Of a stretch of DNA of 11,748 nt, positions 1 through 7,092 are shown piece by piece. Position numbers and translations under genes: made by a program. Source of the stretch: Acutalibacteraceae bacterium (GTDB taxonomy: Bacteria > Bacillota > Clostridia > Oscillospirales > Acutalibacteraceae); the NCBI GenBank assembly GCA_045531635.1, contig JAZSEI010000114.1, forward strand, positions 1-11,748. The letters run 5' to 3'. The notes below the pieces were generated by a model. It was not told the origin of the DNA. It saw nothing but the letters and a program-made list of their open reading frames with translations, and searched no databases. Positions within the stretch are counted from its first letter, which is position 1. Every line of letters starts with the position of its first letter.

Positions 1-112
1 AAACTGTATATAATATATTAAATACCATAACTGTTTTAATTTTTAACTAAGATCAATTGATTTTGGTATTTTTAATTTTATCGCGTTTGTATACAATTAT
101 TTCAAAAATATT

Positions 113-142
113 GCGTGAAAATGACATTTAGTGATATAATAA
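113..142 (+). promoter_or_regulatory. Candidate sigma-A promoter: TTGCGT (113-118), 18-nt spacer, TATAAT (137-142), upstream of the first WYL gene
   Basis: Hexamers read directly from the sequence. The position fits a transcription start about 60 nt upstream of the ATG at 213. Confidence 0.35.
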
Positions 143-212
143 ACACGATTTAAAACTATATTTTAAAATAATTAGTCAAAAATATATTTGTTATCTTAAT
201 GAGGTGAATGCA

Positions 213-1460
213 ATGTCATCATATAGCGAGCTTATAAAAAATTTTGATAAAATACGCAGTTATATGCGTGAATTCTATGTATATGGTTTTAAGAGTCGTG
301 AGGAATATACCAAAAAAAGCGCTCGTTCTTATGATGACGAGCGTAGAAGAATAGAAAGCTGGCTTGGTGATTATATGAGCTTTGTACGCACTCCAGAAGG
401 TAAAAATTTATTTATTTCCATTGATAGCCGTGTTTCACAGCATAACCCATTCTATAAAGCACTAAAGGCCAAAAGCTTTACTGATAAAGATATAACTCTG
501 CACTTTATTTTGTTTGATATACTTCATTCGTCAGAAGTGGTTATGTCATTGGCTGAAATACTAGAGCAAATAGATGAATATTTAGCTGTTTTTGAAGCAC
601 CAATGATGTTTGATGAATCTACTGTAAGAAAAAAGCTAAAAGAATATATATCACACAGTATAATTGAAGTTCAAAAAGTTGGTAGAAAAATGTTGTATCG
701 ACGTTCCGATAAAATTGCTTTGCCAGATATAACTGATGTGCTGAATTTCTATTCAGAGATTGCCCCTTGTGGTGTTATTGGTTCTTTTTTACTTGATAAG
801 CAAGAAAAGCAAAGCGATAGTTTTAGTTTCAAGCACCACTACATAACCTCTGCAATAGATAGTGATGTAACAGCAACACTGTTTAAAGCAATGCACGAAA
901 AAAGTATTATTAGCGTTGATAACCTGAGCCGTCGTGAAGTTGAGCCACAAAAAAACAGAATCATACCTTTGCAGATTTTTATCAGTGTTCAGAATGGAAG
1001 ACAGCACTTACTAGCTTATCAGCCAGATTTTAATGTAATTAAATCATTTAGAATTGATTATCTATCTAATGTGAAAATCGAATCACCAACACCCCGTTTT
1101 GATGAATTAAGAGCAGAGCTTGATAAGATGAAGTCGAAAATGTGGGGTGTTTCAACAAAGAGTCAACACTTTAACGCATTTGAGCATGTTGAGTTTACTG
1201 TTAAGATTGCTGATGACGAAGAGCATATTGTCCAAAGACTTGAACGAGAGAAGCGGGTAGGGCAAATAGAAAAGCTTGATGATAACACATATCGTTTTAT
1301 GGCAGATGTTTATGACATAAGCGAAATGATTCCTTGGATACGAACTTTTATTTGCAGAATAACCGAGCTTACTTTTTCTAATAAAGAACTTGAAAAGAGA
1401 TTTAAAAAGGATATAAAAGATATGTATCGTATTTACGGAATTGAAGAGGTGGTGGTATGA
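213..1460 (+). CDS. WYL-domain transcriptional regulator with four parts: an N-terminal extra domain (~90 aa), a DeoR/HTH_11-like winged HTH (~aa 95-170), a WYL domain and a C-terminal WCX-like extension
   Basis: The ORF track gives a GTG at 204. I prefer the ATG at 213, which follows the RBS GAGGTGA (201-207) by 5 nt. HTH-like segment: LAEILEQIDEYL...FDESTVRKKLKEY...IEVQKVGRKMLYRR. WYL-like segment: RIIPLQIFISVQNGRQHLLAYQPDFNVIKSFRIDYLSNVKI, with HLLAY where WYL normally sits and FRIDYL in place of the usual FRldRI motif. WCX-like tail: MIPWIRTFICRITELTF. The stop overlaps the next start (ATGA at 1457-1460). Confidence 0.7.
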   Translation: MSSYSELIKNFDKIRSYMREFYVYGFKSREEYTKKSARSYDDERRRIESWLGDYMSFVRTPEGKNLFISIDSRVSQHNPFYKALKAKSFTDKDITLHFILFDILHSSEVVMSLAEILEQIDEYLAVFEAPMMFDESTVRKKLKEYISHSIIEVQKVGRKMLYRRSDKIALPDITDVLNFYSEIAPCGVIGSFLLDKQEKQSDSFSFKHHYITSAIDSDVTATLFKAMHEKSIISVDNLSRREVEPQKNRIIPLQIFISVQNGRQHLLAYQPDFNVIKSFRIDYLSNVKIESPTPRFDELRAELDKMKSKMWGVSTKSQHFNAFEHVEFTVKIADDEEHIVQRLEREKRVGQIEKLDDNTYRFMADVYDISEMIPWIRTFICRITELTFSNKELEKRFKKDIKDMYRIYGIEEVVV

Positions 1461-2368
1461 TATTTAACGAAATTTACTCTGCCTACTATAATACAGTAGC
1501 CAAAATCATTACAAGTGTCTTAAACGATAATACTGACGAGAAGACTATAAATAGAATAGTTAGTGAAAATGCTTTTGCCGAAAGTGTGCTAAGTATTTTG
1601 CCTTCGCTCAAAAGTGAAAAATGGCAGCTTTTAAAAGCAGATATGACTACTCCTATTCAACATATACCTACAATGCCGTTAACACTAACTCAAAAACAAT
1701 GGTTAAAGGCAATTTCGTTAGACCCACGAATAAAATTGTTTGATATAGATTTTTCATCTCTTGACGGTATTGAACCACTGTTCACATCAGATGATTATTG
1801 CATCTATGACAGATATAATGATGGAGACCCATACGAGGATGAAGAGTATATCAAAAGATTTCAGATTATTCTGTCAGCTTTAAAGGAGAAACAATCACTT
1901 AAAATACAGATGATTAATCGTAAGGGGCATAGCTCTTCAGTTTTAGTTGTTCCACAAAGACTAGAATATTCAGAAAAGGATGATAAATTTCGCATTATAA
2001 GCACAGGATGTCGTTACGGAGCAACTATAAATCTGGCTCGTATCACATCGTGTGAAAAATGCTGTACTTCTAAAATTGTCACTCATAGTGCTTCTCTATC
2101 CTCAAAAGAAGTGTTAACACTCCGTATATTCGATGAACGTAATACTCTAGAACGATGTTTGTTGCATTTTGCACATTTTGAAAAACAAGTAGAACGAATT
2201 GATGAAAATATGTATCTGGTCTATCTTAAATACAATAAAGCAGATGAAACTGAAATTGTTATTCGTGTTTTGAGCTTTGGACCTATGGTTGAAGTGATAG
2301 AGCCTAATCATTTCAGGAAGTTAATAATAGAGCGTTTAAGAAAACAAAAAAGCTGTGAACTTAATTGA
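1457..2368 (+). CDS. Second WYL-domain protein (WYL plus WCX-like C-terminus). Its N-terminal region has no obvious canonical HTH. It is a paralogous partner of the upstream regulator, in a PafB/PafC-like tandem arrangement
   Basis: Start is coupled to the upstream stop (ATGA), with RBS GAGGTGG just upstream. WYL-like segment: SSVLVVPQRLEYSEKDDKFRIISTGCRYGATINLARITSCE. C-terminus FGPMVEVIEPNHFRKLIIERLRKQ matches the familiar fG..veVleP..lr tail of WYL/WCX proteins. Confidence 0.7.
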   Translation: MIFNEIYSAYYNTVAKIITSVLNDNTDEKTINRIVSENAFAESVLSILPSLKSEKWQLLKADMTTPIQHIPTMPLTLTQKQWLKAISLDPRIKLFDIDFSSLDGIEPLFTSDDYCIYDRYNDGDPYEDEEYIKRFQIILSALKEKQSLKIQMINRKGHSSSVLVVPQRLEYSEKDDKFRIISTGCRYGATINLARITSCEKCCTSKIVTHSASLSSKEVLTLRIFDERNTLERCLLHFAHFEKQVERIDENMYLVYLKYNKADETEIVIRVLSFGPMVEVIEPNHFRKLIIERLRKQKSCELN

Positions 2369-2384
2369 GTTCGCAGCTTTTTTT
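2346..2384 (+). terminator. Rho-independent terminator ending the WYL gene pair
   Basis: AGCTGTGAAC (2351-2360) pairs with GTTCGCAGCT (2369-2378): a 10-bp stem with one G-U, an 8-nt loop that contains the TGA stop, an A-run before and a T6 run after (2379-2384). Confidence 0.6.
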
Positions 2385-2396
2385 CCGTGTTATATA
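2369..2396 (+). promoter_or_regulatory. Candidate extended -10 promoter (TGtTATATA, 2388-2396) with a weak -35 (TTCGCA, 2369-2374) for the leader/SPFH/rtcB transcript
   Basis: The TGn-TATATA motif lies immediately after the upstream terminator. The -35 is poor, so confidence is low. Confidence 0.25.
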
Positions 2397-2399
2397 AGG

Positions 2400-2840
2400 A
2401 ATATATTGGTAAAATATCCTTGCAAGGTTACTTCAAGCGTGTGTATAAAATTAACCTACACTGCGGTGCACAAGGCTATGCCAAAGTGTATGCCAGAAGA
2501 ATCACTTGCTCCCTGGCAATAGGATATATGCCAGTTATGTTTTTTGATATCTAACGAGGCTCAAAATCTCAAAAGAAATGTGGGTTAGAAAACCACAACC
2601 ATTGTAATGTGCAAAAGCACACCAAACACTATCACAAAAAAGCAATTACTCTGCTGATGAATAGAAATTACTTTTCGTTAGCAATGTGCGAGTTGCCTTG
2701 CTTGAGAATGGATACCGTGTTTCAAACATATAAGCCAAAAGCTTTCTTTCCGCTTATATGTGCGATCACTTAAATTTTCAACCGTAATTGGTGCATGAGT
2801 AATTGCTGATGCAATTTAACCTTTAGGAGGATTATATATT
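2400..2840 (+). other. Long (~440 nt) non-coding leader or candidate structured RNA upstream of the SPFH-rtcB genes. It contains the palindrome CCTTGCAAGG and several direct-repeat motifs
   Basis: No ORF with an RBS is present. GC content is visibly higher than in the other intergenic regions of the window. Palindrome at 2418-2427. TATGCCA occurs three times (2477, 2488, 2527). ATGTGCGA occurs twice (2684, 2758), with AATGTGCAA at 2605. Confidence 0.3.
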
Positions 2841-3944
2841 ATGAAGAAAATTATTATTAACGAAAAACAAAGAGGACTACTATTTAAAAACGGAAAATAC
2901 ATAAAAATGCTTACTGCTGGCAAATACTATGCTTGTGGTGGAAAAGAAATAGAGGTATTAGATATGACTGAATTTCCAGTTACATCTGGTAACTGCGAAT
3001 TAGAAACTCTTCTAAAAGACAAAGCTGTTGCAGATTCTGTAGTTGTAGCTGACGTAGGTGACCAGGAAATAGCACTTCATTTTATTAATGGCAAATTTAA
3101 AGATGTTTTGCTTCATGGTAAATATGCTTTTTGGTCAATTATTGATAAGCACGAATTTAAGATTGTTGATAAATCTCAGACAGAGGTATCAGATGACGTG
3201 CCAGAATATATTTTTTCAAGAATGGCACCTCTTTACTATACTAAGATTGAGGTTTTAGAGTATCAGAAGGTACTGCTATATTTCAATCAGAAGTTTGTAA
3301 AGATTCTTGATGCAGGTACATATTATTTTTGGAGAAACGGTGTTAAGATTGATACAAGATGTGTTGATACCCGACTAACACAGATGAATATTACTGGACA
3401 GGAGATATTAACTCAGGATAAGGTTTCTTTACGCATTAATTTTGTATGCAATTACCGTGTAACAGATTATGTGAAGATACATACCGAGATTGATAACTTC
3501 ACCGAGCAAATGCATGTGGCTGCACAGCTTGCTTTGCGTGAGTATGTAGGAAAATATAAGCTTGACGAGATTTTGGAAAACAAAGTAGAAATGTCTGAGT
3601 TTGTATTTGCTAAGTTAAAAGCGAAAGAAAAGGAGCTTTTTATTGAGATTACAGACGCTGGTGTAAAGGACATTATTTTACCAGGAGAAATTCGTGAAAT
3701 AATGAACACTGTACTGGTTGCAGAAAAACGTGCACAGGCAAATGTAATTACTCGTCGAGAAGAGGTTGCCTCTACCAGATCATTGCTGAATACAGCAAAG
3801 CTGATGGACGAGAACAAAACACTCTACAAGCTCAAGGAGCTTGAGTATATTGAGCGTATCTGTGAGAATGTTGGTAATATCAACCTTAACGGGAATACAG
3901 ATGTACTAACACAGCTTACAGGTATACTCAAGGGTAACACATAA
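2841..3944 (+). CDS. SPFH/band-7 (stomatin/prohibitin/flotillin/HflKC) domain protein, 367 aa. It has no N-terminal TM helix. About 190 aa of N-terminal sequence is made of three tandem ~60-aa repeats that resemble the first beta-hairpin segment of the SPFH fold
   Basis: Strong RBS AGGAGG 8-10 nt upstream of the ATG at 2841. SPFH core: QEILTQDKVSLRINFVCNYRVTDYVK...DAGVKDIILPGEIREIMNTVLVAEKRAQANVITRREEVAS. The three repeats are RGLLFKNGKYIKMLTAGKYYA, IALHFINGKFKDVLLHGKYAFW and VLLYFNQKFVKILDAGTYYFW. Confidence 0.8.
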   Translation: MKKIIINEKQRGLLFKNGKYIKMLTAGKYYACGGKEIEVLDMTEFPVTSGNCELETLLKDKAVADSVVVADVGDQEIALHFINGKFKDVLLHGKYAFWSIIDKHEFKIVDKSQTEVSDDVPEYIFSRMAPLYYTKIEVLEYQKVLLYFNQKFVKILDAGTYYFWRNGVKIDTRCVDTRLTQMNITGQEILTQDKVSLRINFVCNYRVTDYVKIHTEIDNFTEQMHVAAQLALREYVGKYKLDEILENKVEMSEFVFAKLKAKEKELFIEITDAGVKDIILPGEIREIMNTVLVAEKRAQANVITRREEVASTRSLLNTAKLMDENKTLYKLKELEYIERICENVGNINLNGNTDVLTQLTGILKGNT

Positions 3945-4012
3945 ACAATGTCATCACCATTTGATAACTGTTAAAGATTTAAACGGTGTTGTTACAAAGA
4001 AAGGAAATTTTT

Positions 4013-5221
4013 ATGATAGAGATAAAAGGTAAGTTTAATACTGCTTTATGCTATACAAACGAACTTGAGCCTACTGCTTATGCTCAAATTGAAGCAGTGT
4101 GCAACGAAAAGGCTTTCGAAAATTCTAAAATCCGTATAATGCCTGATGTTCACGCTGGTAAGGGCTGTACAATTGGTACCACAATGACTATTGTTGATAA
4201 GGTTGTACCCAATATGGTTGGTGTTGATATTGGTTGTGGAATGTATACTGTAAGCTTAGGTAAGATTGATATTGACCTTGCAAAGTTTGATGAGGTTGCA
4301 CATTCTATTCCTTGTGGCAGAAATGTTTGGGAGGGCAGACAAGAACGCTTTGATTTAACACAGCTTCGTTGTTATAGAAATCTTAAGGATACTAGAAGAC
4401 TAGAGAGAAGCCTTGGCACCTTAGGAGGAGGTAACCACTTTATCGAAATTGATACTGATGAAAATGGAAATAAGTATTTAATAATCCACTCTGGCAGTCG
4501 TAATCTTGGTACACAGGTTGCTGAGTTTTATCAAACCATTGCAGTTGATTTGGATCTAGGCAAAGAGGAGTATTTTAAAAAGCGTGACGAAATCATTAGC
4601 ACATATAAGCAACAGGGTAGAAGAAGTGAAATTCAATCCACCTTAAAGCAACTAGCGAAGGAATGGGAAGAGAAGTCCCCGACAATGCCTAAAGAGCTTT
4701 GTTATCTTTTCGGTTCATTTATGGACGACTATCTACACGATATAAATATCTGTCAGCAATTTGCAAAGCGTAACCGTGAGAAAATGGCTGAGATTTTGCT
4801 ACTAAAGACAGGTATTACAGGTTTTGAAGCATTTCAGACTATCCACAATTATATTGATGTAGATGAAATGATTCTGCGTAAGGGCTCTGTTTCTGCTAAG
4901 AAAGGAGAAAAGCTGTTAATTCCGATTAATATGCGTGATGGTAGTCTTATCTGTATTGGTAAGGGTAATTCAGAGTGGAACTACTCTGCACCTCACGGAG
5001 CAGGTCGCTTAATGTCTCGTTCCGTTGCATTTGAAAAGCTTACTATGGAAGAGTACCAAAAGCAAATGGCAGGTATTTATACTACTTGTGTAAATACTTC
5101 TACTCTAGATGAGTCACCTATGGCATATAAAAATATGGATGATATTATAGCAAATATTGAACCTACTGCCGAAATTATTGCACATATCAAGCCAATTTAT
5201 AATTTTAAGGCTGCAGAATAG
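4013..5221 (+). CDS. rtcB: RtcB-family RNA 3'-phosphate/2',3'-cyclic-phosphate ligase (402 aa)
   Basis: Diagnostic RtcB motifs are present: MPDVHAGKG, GVDIGCGMY (Asp/Cys metal ligands), GGGNHFIEID, HSGSRNLG and APHGAGR (the His that is guanylylated). I prefer the ATG at 4013, with RBS AAAGGAAA 7 nt upstream, over the GTG at 3986 in the ORF track. There is no terminator between the SPFH gene and rtcB, so they are probably co-transcribed. Confidence 0.9.
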   Translation: MIEIKGKFNTALCYTNELEPTAYAQIEAVCNEKAFENSKIRIMPDVHAGKGCTIGTTMTIVDKVVPNMVGVDIGCGMYTVSLGKIDIDLAKFDEVAHSIPCGRNVWEGRQERFDLTQLRCYRNLKDTRRLERSLGTLGGGNHFIEIDTDENGNKYLIIHSGSRNLGTQVAEFYQTIAVDLDLGKEEYFKKRDEIISTYKQQGRRSEIQSTLKQLAKEWEEKSPTMPKELCYLFGSFMDDYLHDINICQQFAKRNREKMAEILLLKTGITGFEAFQTIHNYIDVDEMILRKGSVSAKKGEKLLIPINMRDGSLICIGKGNSEWNYSAPHGAGRLMSRSVAFEKLTMEEYQKQMAGIYTTCVNTSTLDESPMAYKNMDDIIANIEPTAEIIAHIKPIYNFKAAE

Positions 5222-5292
5222 CAATGTGTAGAAATTTTTAATTTTATATGGTACAATATGTTAAACTATAAATTATATGTGATGGTGGCAAA

Positions 5293-5886
5293 ATGATCAA
5301 TGTGATATGCAATCGTAGAAGTATTAGGAAATATTTAGATAAACAAGTTCCAAAAGAAATGATAGAACAAATTATCGAAGCAGGAAGAATGTCACCTTCT
5401 GCTAAAAATCGACAACCTTGGAAGTATGTTGTTCTTGGTGGTGAACATAAATCTGATTTTCTCAAGCATATGAAGAAAGGAATTTTGAGAGAAGAAAGCG
5501 AGCTTGCTCTGTTACCTAATTCTCGTAATGGAATTTCAGACGCAAATAACACATTGAGCATTATGCAACAGGCACCAATTATCATTGCTGTTTTAAATAC
5601 TAATGGGAAAAATCCATTTGATATAATCGATGTTGATAATAGATTTGTTGAGATTTTCGATACACTTTCTATTGGTGCATCAATCCAAAATATGTTGTTA
5701 AAAGCAACTGAAATTGGCTTGGGAACTTTGTGGATTGCTAACACTTGTTACGCATACAAAGAATTAACAGAGTATCTTGATACAACTTATCAGTTAGTAG
5801 GTGCAATAGCACTTGGTTATGCTGACGAAGCACCAAAGCAAAGACCAAGAAAAAAGTTAGAAGATATTGTAGAATATAGATTATAA
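5293..5886 (+). CDS. Nitroreductase-family flavoprotein (197 aa)
   Basis: N-terminus RRSIRKY...SPSAKNRQPWKYVV is the classic nitroreductase FMN-binding signature. A possible extended -10 (TGgTACAAT) lies upstream. Confidence 0.85.
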   Translation: MINVICNRRSIRKYLDKQVPKEMIEQIIEAGRMSPSAKNRQPWKYVVLGGEHKSDFLKHMKKGILREESELALLPNSRNGISDANNTLSIMQQAPIIIAVLNTNGKNPFDIIDVDNRFVEIFDTLSIGASIQNMLLKATEIGLGTLWIANTCYAYKELTEYLDTTYQLVGAIALGYADEAPKQRPRKKLEDIVEYRL

Positions 5887-5959
5887 AAAACTTAATTTCT
5901 AAGAAACTAAAACTTTGAGTATATAGACAGTTATTAAGTTAAAATAGAATAAGCAAGCC

Positions 5960-6004
5960 AATAGACACTTATCAGTTAGAAGATTGATAAGTGTCTATTT
6001 TTTT
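5960..6004 (+). terminator. Rho-independent terminator after the nitroreductase gene
   Basis: ATAGACACTTATCA (5961-5974) and TGATAAGTGTCTAT (5985-5998) form a perfect 14-bp stem with a 10-nt loop, followed by T6 (5999-6004). Confidence 0.75.
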
Positions 6005-6152
6005 GCTTGTTTTAATTTAGGGATCAATCTATAATATATTTATATATAAATGGCTAAAATTACCAAGTATGTTGCAAAAACAACCGACTATCTAAAATCA
6101 GTGGTATATTTTTTTAGATCTGATATACTTTAGTTCGAAAGGGGGAAATGTA

Positions 6153-6593
6153 ATGCAAATAGAAATCAGCATTGACGCAAAATATAAGATTCCCAAAATC
6201 ATAATAAAAACAGACAGAATAACAGATGAGGTCAATGAGGTTATGAAAAAGCTTTCAGACGACTCACCAAAGGTTATTACTGGATTTAAGGATGATTGCG
6301 TAGAGGTTCTTGAGCCTGAGCGAATTTACCGTTTTTATTCAAGCCAAGGCAAGGTTTTTGCTGTGACAGATAATGGGGAGTATACAGTAAGAACTCGACT
6401 TTACGAGATTGAGGAGCAGATGTGCTTACCAAAATTTGTAAGAGTGTCAAATTCAGAAATAATTAATCTGAAAAAGGTCAAAAATTTTGACCTGAGCTTA
6501 GCAGGCACAATCTGTGTGCAGTTTTCTGACGGCTCTGACACTTATGTGTCAAGAAGATATGTATCAAAAATCAAAAAAATATTAGGTATATGA
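6153..6593 (+). CDS. Stand-alone LytTR-family DNA-binding regulator (146 aa, no receiver domain)
   Basis: LytTR-like pattern: IIIKTDRITDEVNEVMKKL...IYRFYSSQGKVFAVTDNGEYTVRTRLYEIEEQM..FVRVSNSEIINLKKVKNFD..VQFSDGSDTYVSRRY. RBS AAGGGGGA 7-8 nt upstream. Confidence 0.75.
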   Translation: MQIEISIDAKYKIPKIIIKTDRITDEVNEVMKKLSDDSPKVITGFKDDCVEVLEPERIYRFYSSQGKVFAVTDNGEYTVRTRLYEIEEQMCLPKFVRVSNSEIINLKKVKNFDLSLAGTICVQFSDGSDTYVSRRYVSKIKKILGI

Positions 6594-6602
6594 GGTGTTT
6601 TT

Positions 6603-7058
6603 ATGTTTAAAGAAATTTTAAAAAGAAGTGTATTAAGTGCGTTAGGTGGTTTGTTTATTACTCAGCTTGTAGGTGTTATTGTTTCACTATGTATAGCAGA
6701 TGGCAATTATTATCCTGTTGTGCCTTCACTTACAGAGAGTATAGGTAGCGAAATCGGTGCAGTTATATTCCAGACAGTTTGCTCATTGTTGTATGGTGCT
6801 GTATTTGGTGGTATGTCAATAATATGGGAGCTGGATAATTGGAGTATTTTAAAACAAACAGTAGTTCACTTTTTAGTGGTTTCTTTTGTAAGCTTTCCTA
6901 TTGCATATGTTACCGAGTGGATGGAGCATTCTATAGTTGGAGGAATTACTTACTTTGCTGTATTTGCAGTAATTTACGCATTCATATGGTTTAGTCAATA
7001 CATAAGTGTAAGAAAGCGTATAAATGAAGTAAATAAAAAGCTTAACCAAACAGCTTGA
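6603..7058 (+). CDS. Small 4-TM membrane protein (151 aa), DUF3021-like. Probably the membrane inhibitor partner of the LytTR regulator, analogous to HdrM/BrsM
   Basis: Four hydrophobic helices are visible. RBS GAGGTG overlaps the upstream stop, indicating translational coupling. A LytTR gene followed by a small polytopic membrane protein is the recurrent streptococcal LRS architecture. Confidence 0.6.
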   Translation: MFKEILKRSVLSALGGLFITQLVGVIVSLCIADGNYYPVVPSLTESIGSEIGAVIFQTVCSLLYGAVFGGMSIIWELDNWSILKQTVVHFLVVSFVSFPIAYVTEWMEHSIVGGITYFAVFAVIYAFIWFSQYISVRKRINEVNKKLNQTA

Positions 7059-7092
7059 GTTATTTTTATATAATTATTTTACACTTTTATAG

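Noticed and set aside
204-212. Upstream in-frame starts in the ORF track: GTG at 204, GTG at 3986, GTG at 7595, and the upstream start at 9192
   Set aside because: In each case a downstream ATG sits at canonical spacing (5-8 nt) from a strong Shine-Dalgarno (GAGGTGA, AAAGGAAA, AGAGAGGTG, AGGAGA). The upstream codons would place the start inside or before the RBS. I therefore used 213, 4013, 7604 and 9237.
789-1007. 72-aa ORF on the minus strand
   Set aside because: Lies entirely inside, and antisense to, the well-supported WYL regulator CDS. It has no RBS and a low-complexity composition. It is a spurious antisense ORF in AT-rich coding DNA.
2400-2840. Possible small protein-coding ORFs in the long leader (e.g. 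a 38-aa ORF starting at the ATG near 2658)
   Set aside because: None is preceded by a Shine-Dalgarno sequence. Their translations are low-complexity. The region's direct repeats and palindromes suggest regulatory DNA/RNA rather than coding.
2400-2840. Known riboswitch or T-box in the leader
   Set aside because: I could not find hallmark sequences of T-box (no AGGGTGGNACCGCG-like box), TPP, SAM, FMN, purine, glycine or c-di-AMP elements. The region is left as an unclassified candidate.
3467-3817. 116-aa minus-strand ORF
   Set aside because: Antisense to the SPFH core coding region, which has strong family motifs. The serine-rich, low-complexity translation is typical of reading the opposite strand of a coding sequence.
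5244-5744. 166-aa minus-strand ORF overlapping the nitroreductase gene
   Set aside because: The + strand encodes a nitroreductase with a classic FMN-binding signature. The minus-strand ORF has no recognisable motifs or RBS and is almost fully overlapped.
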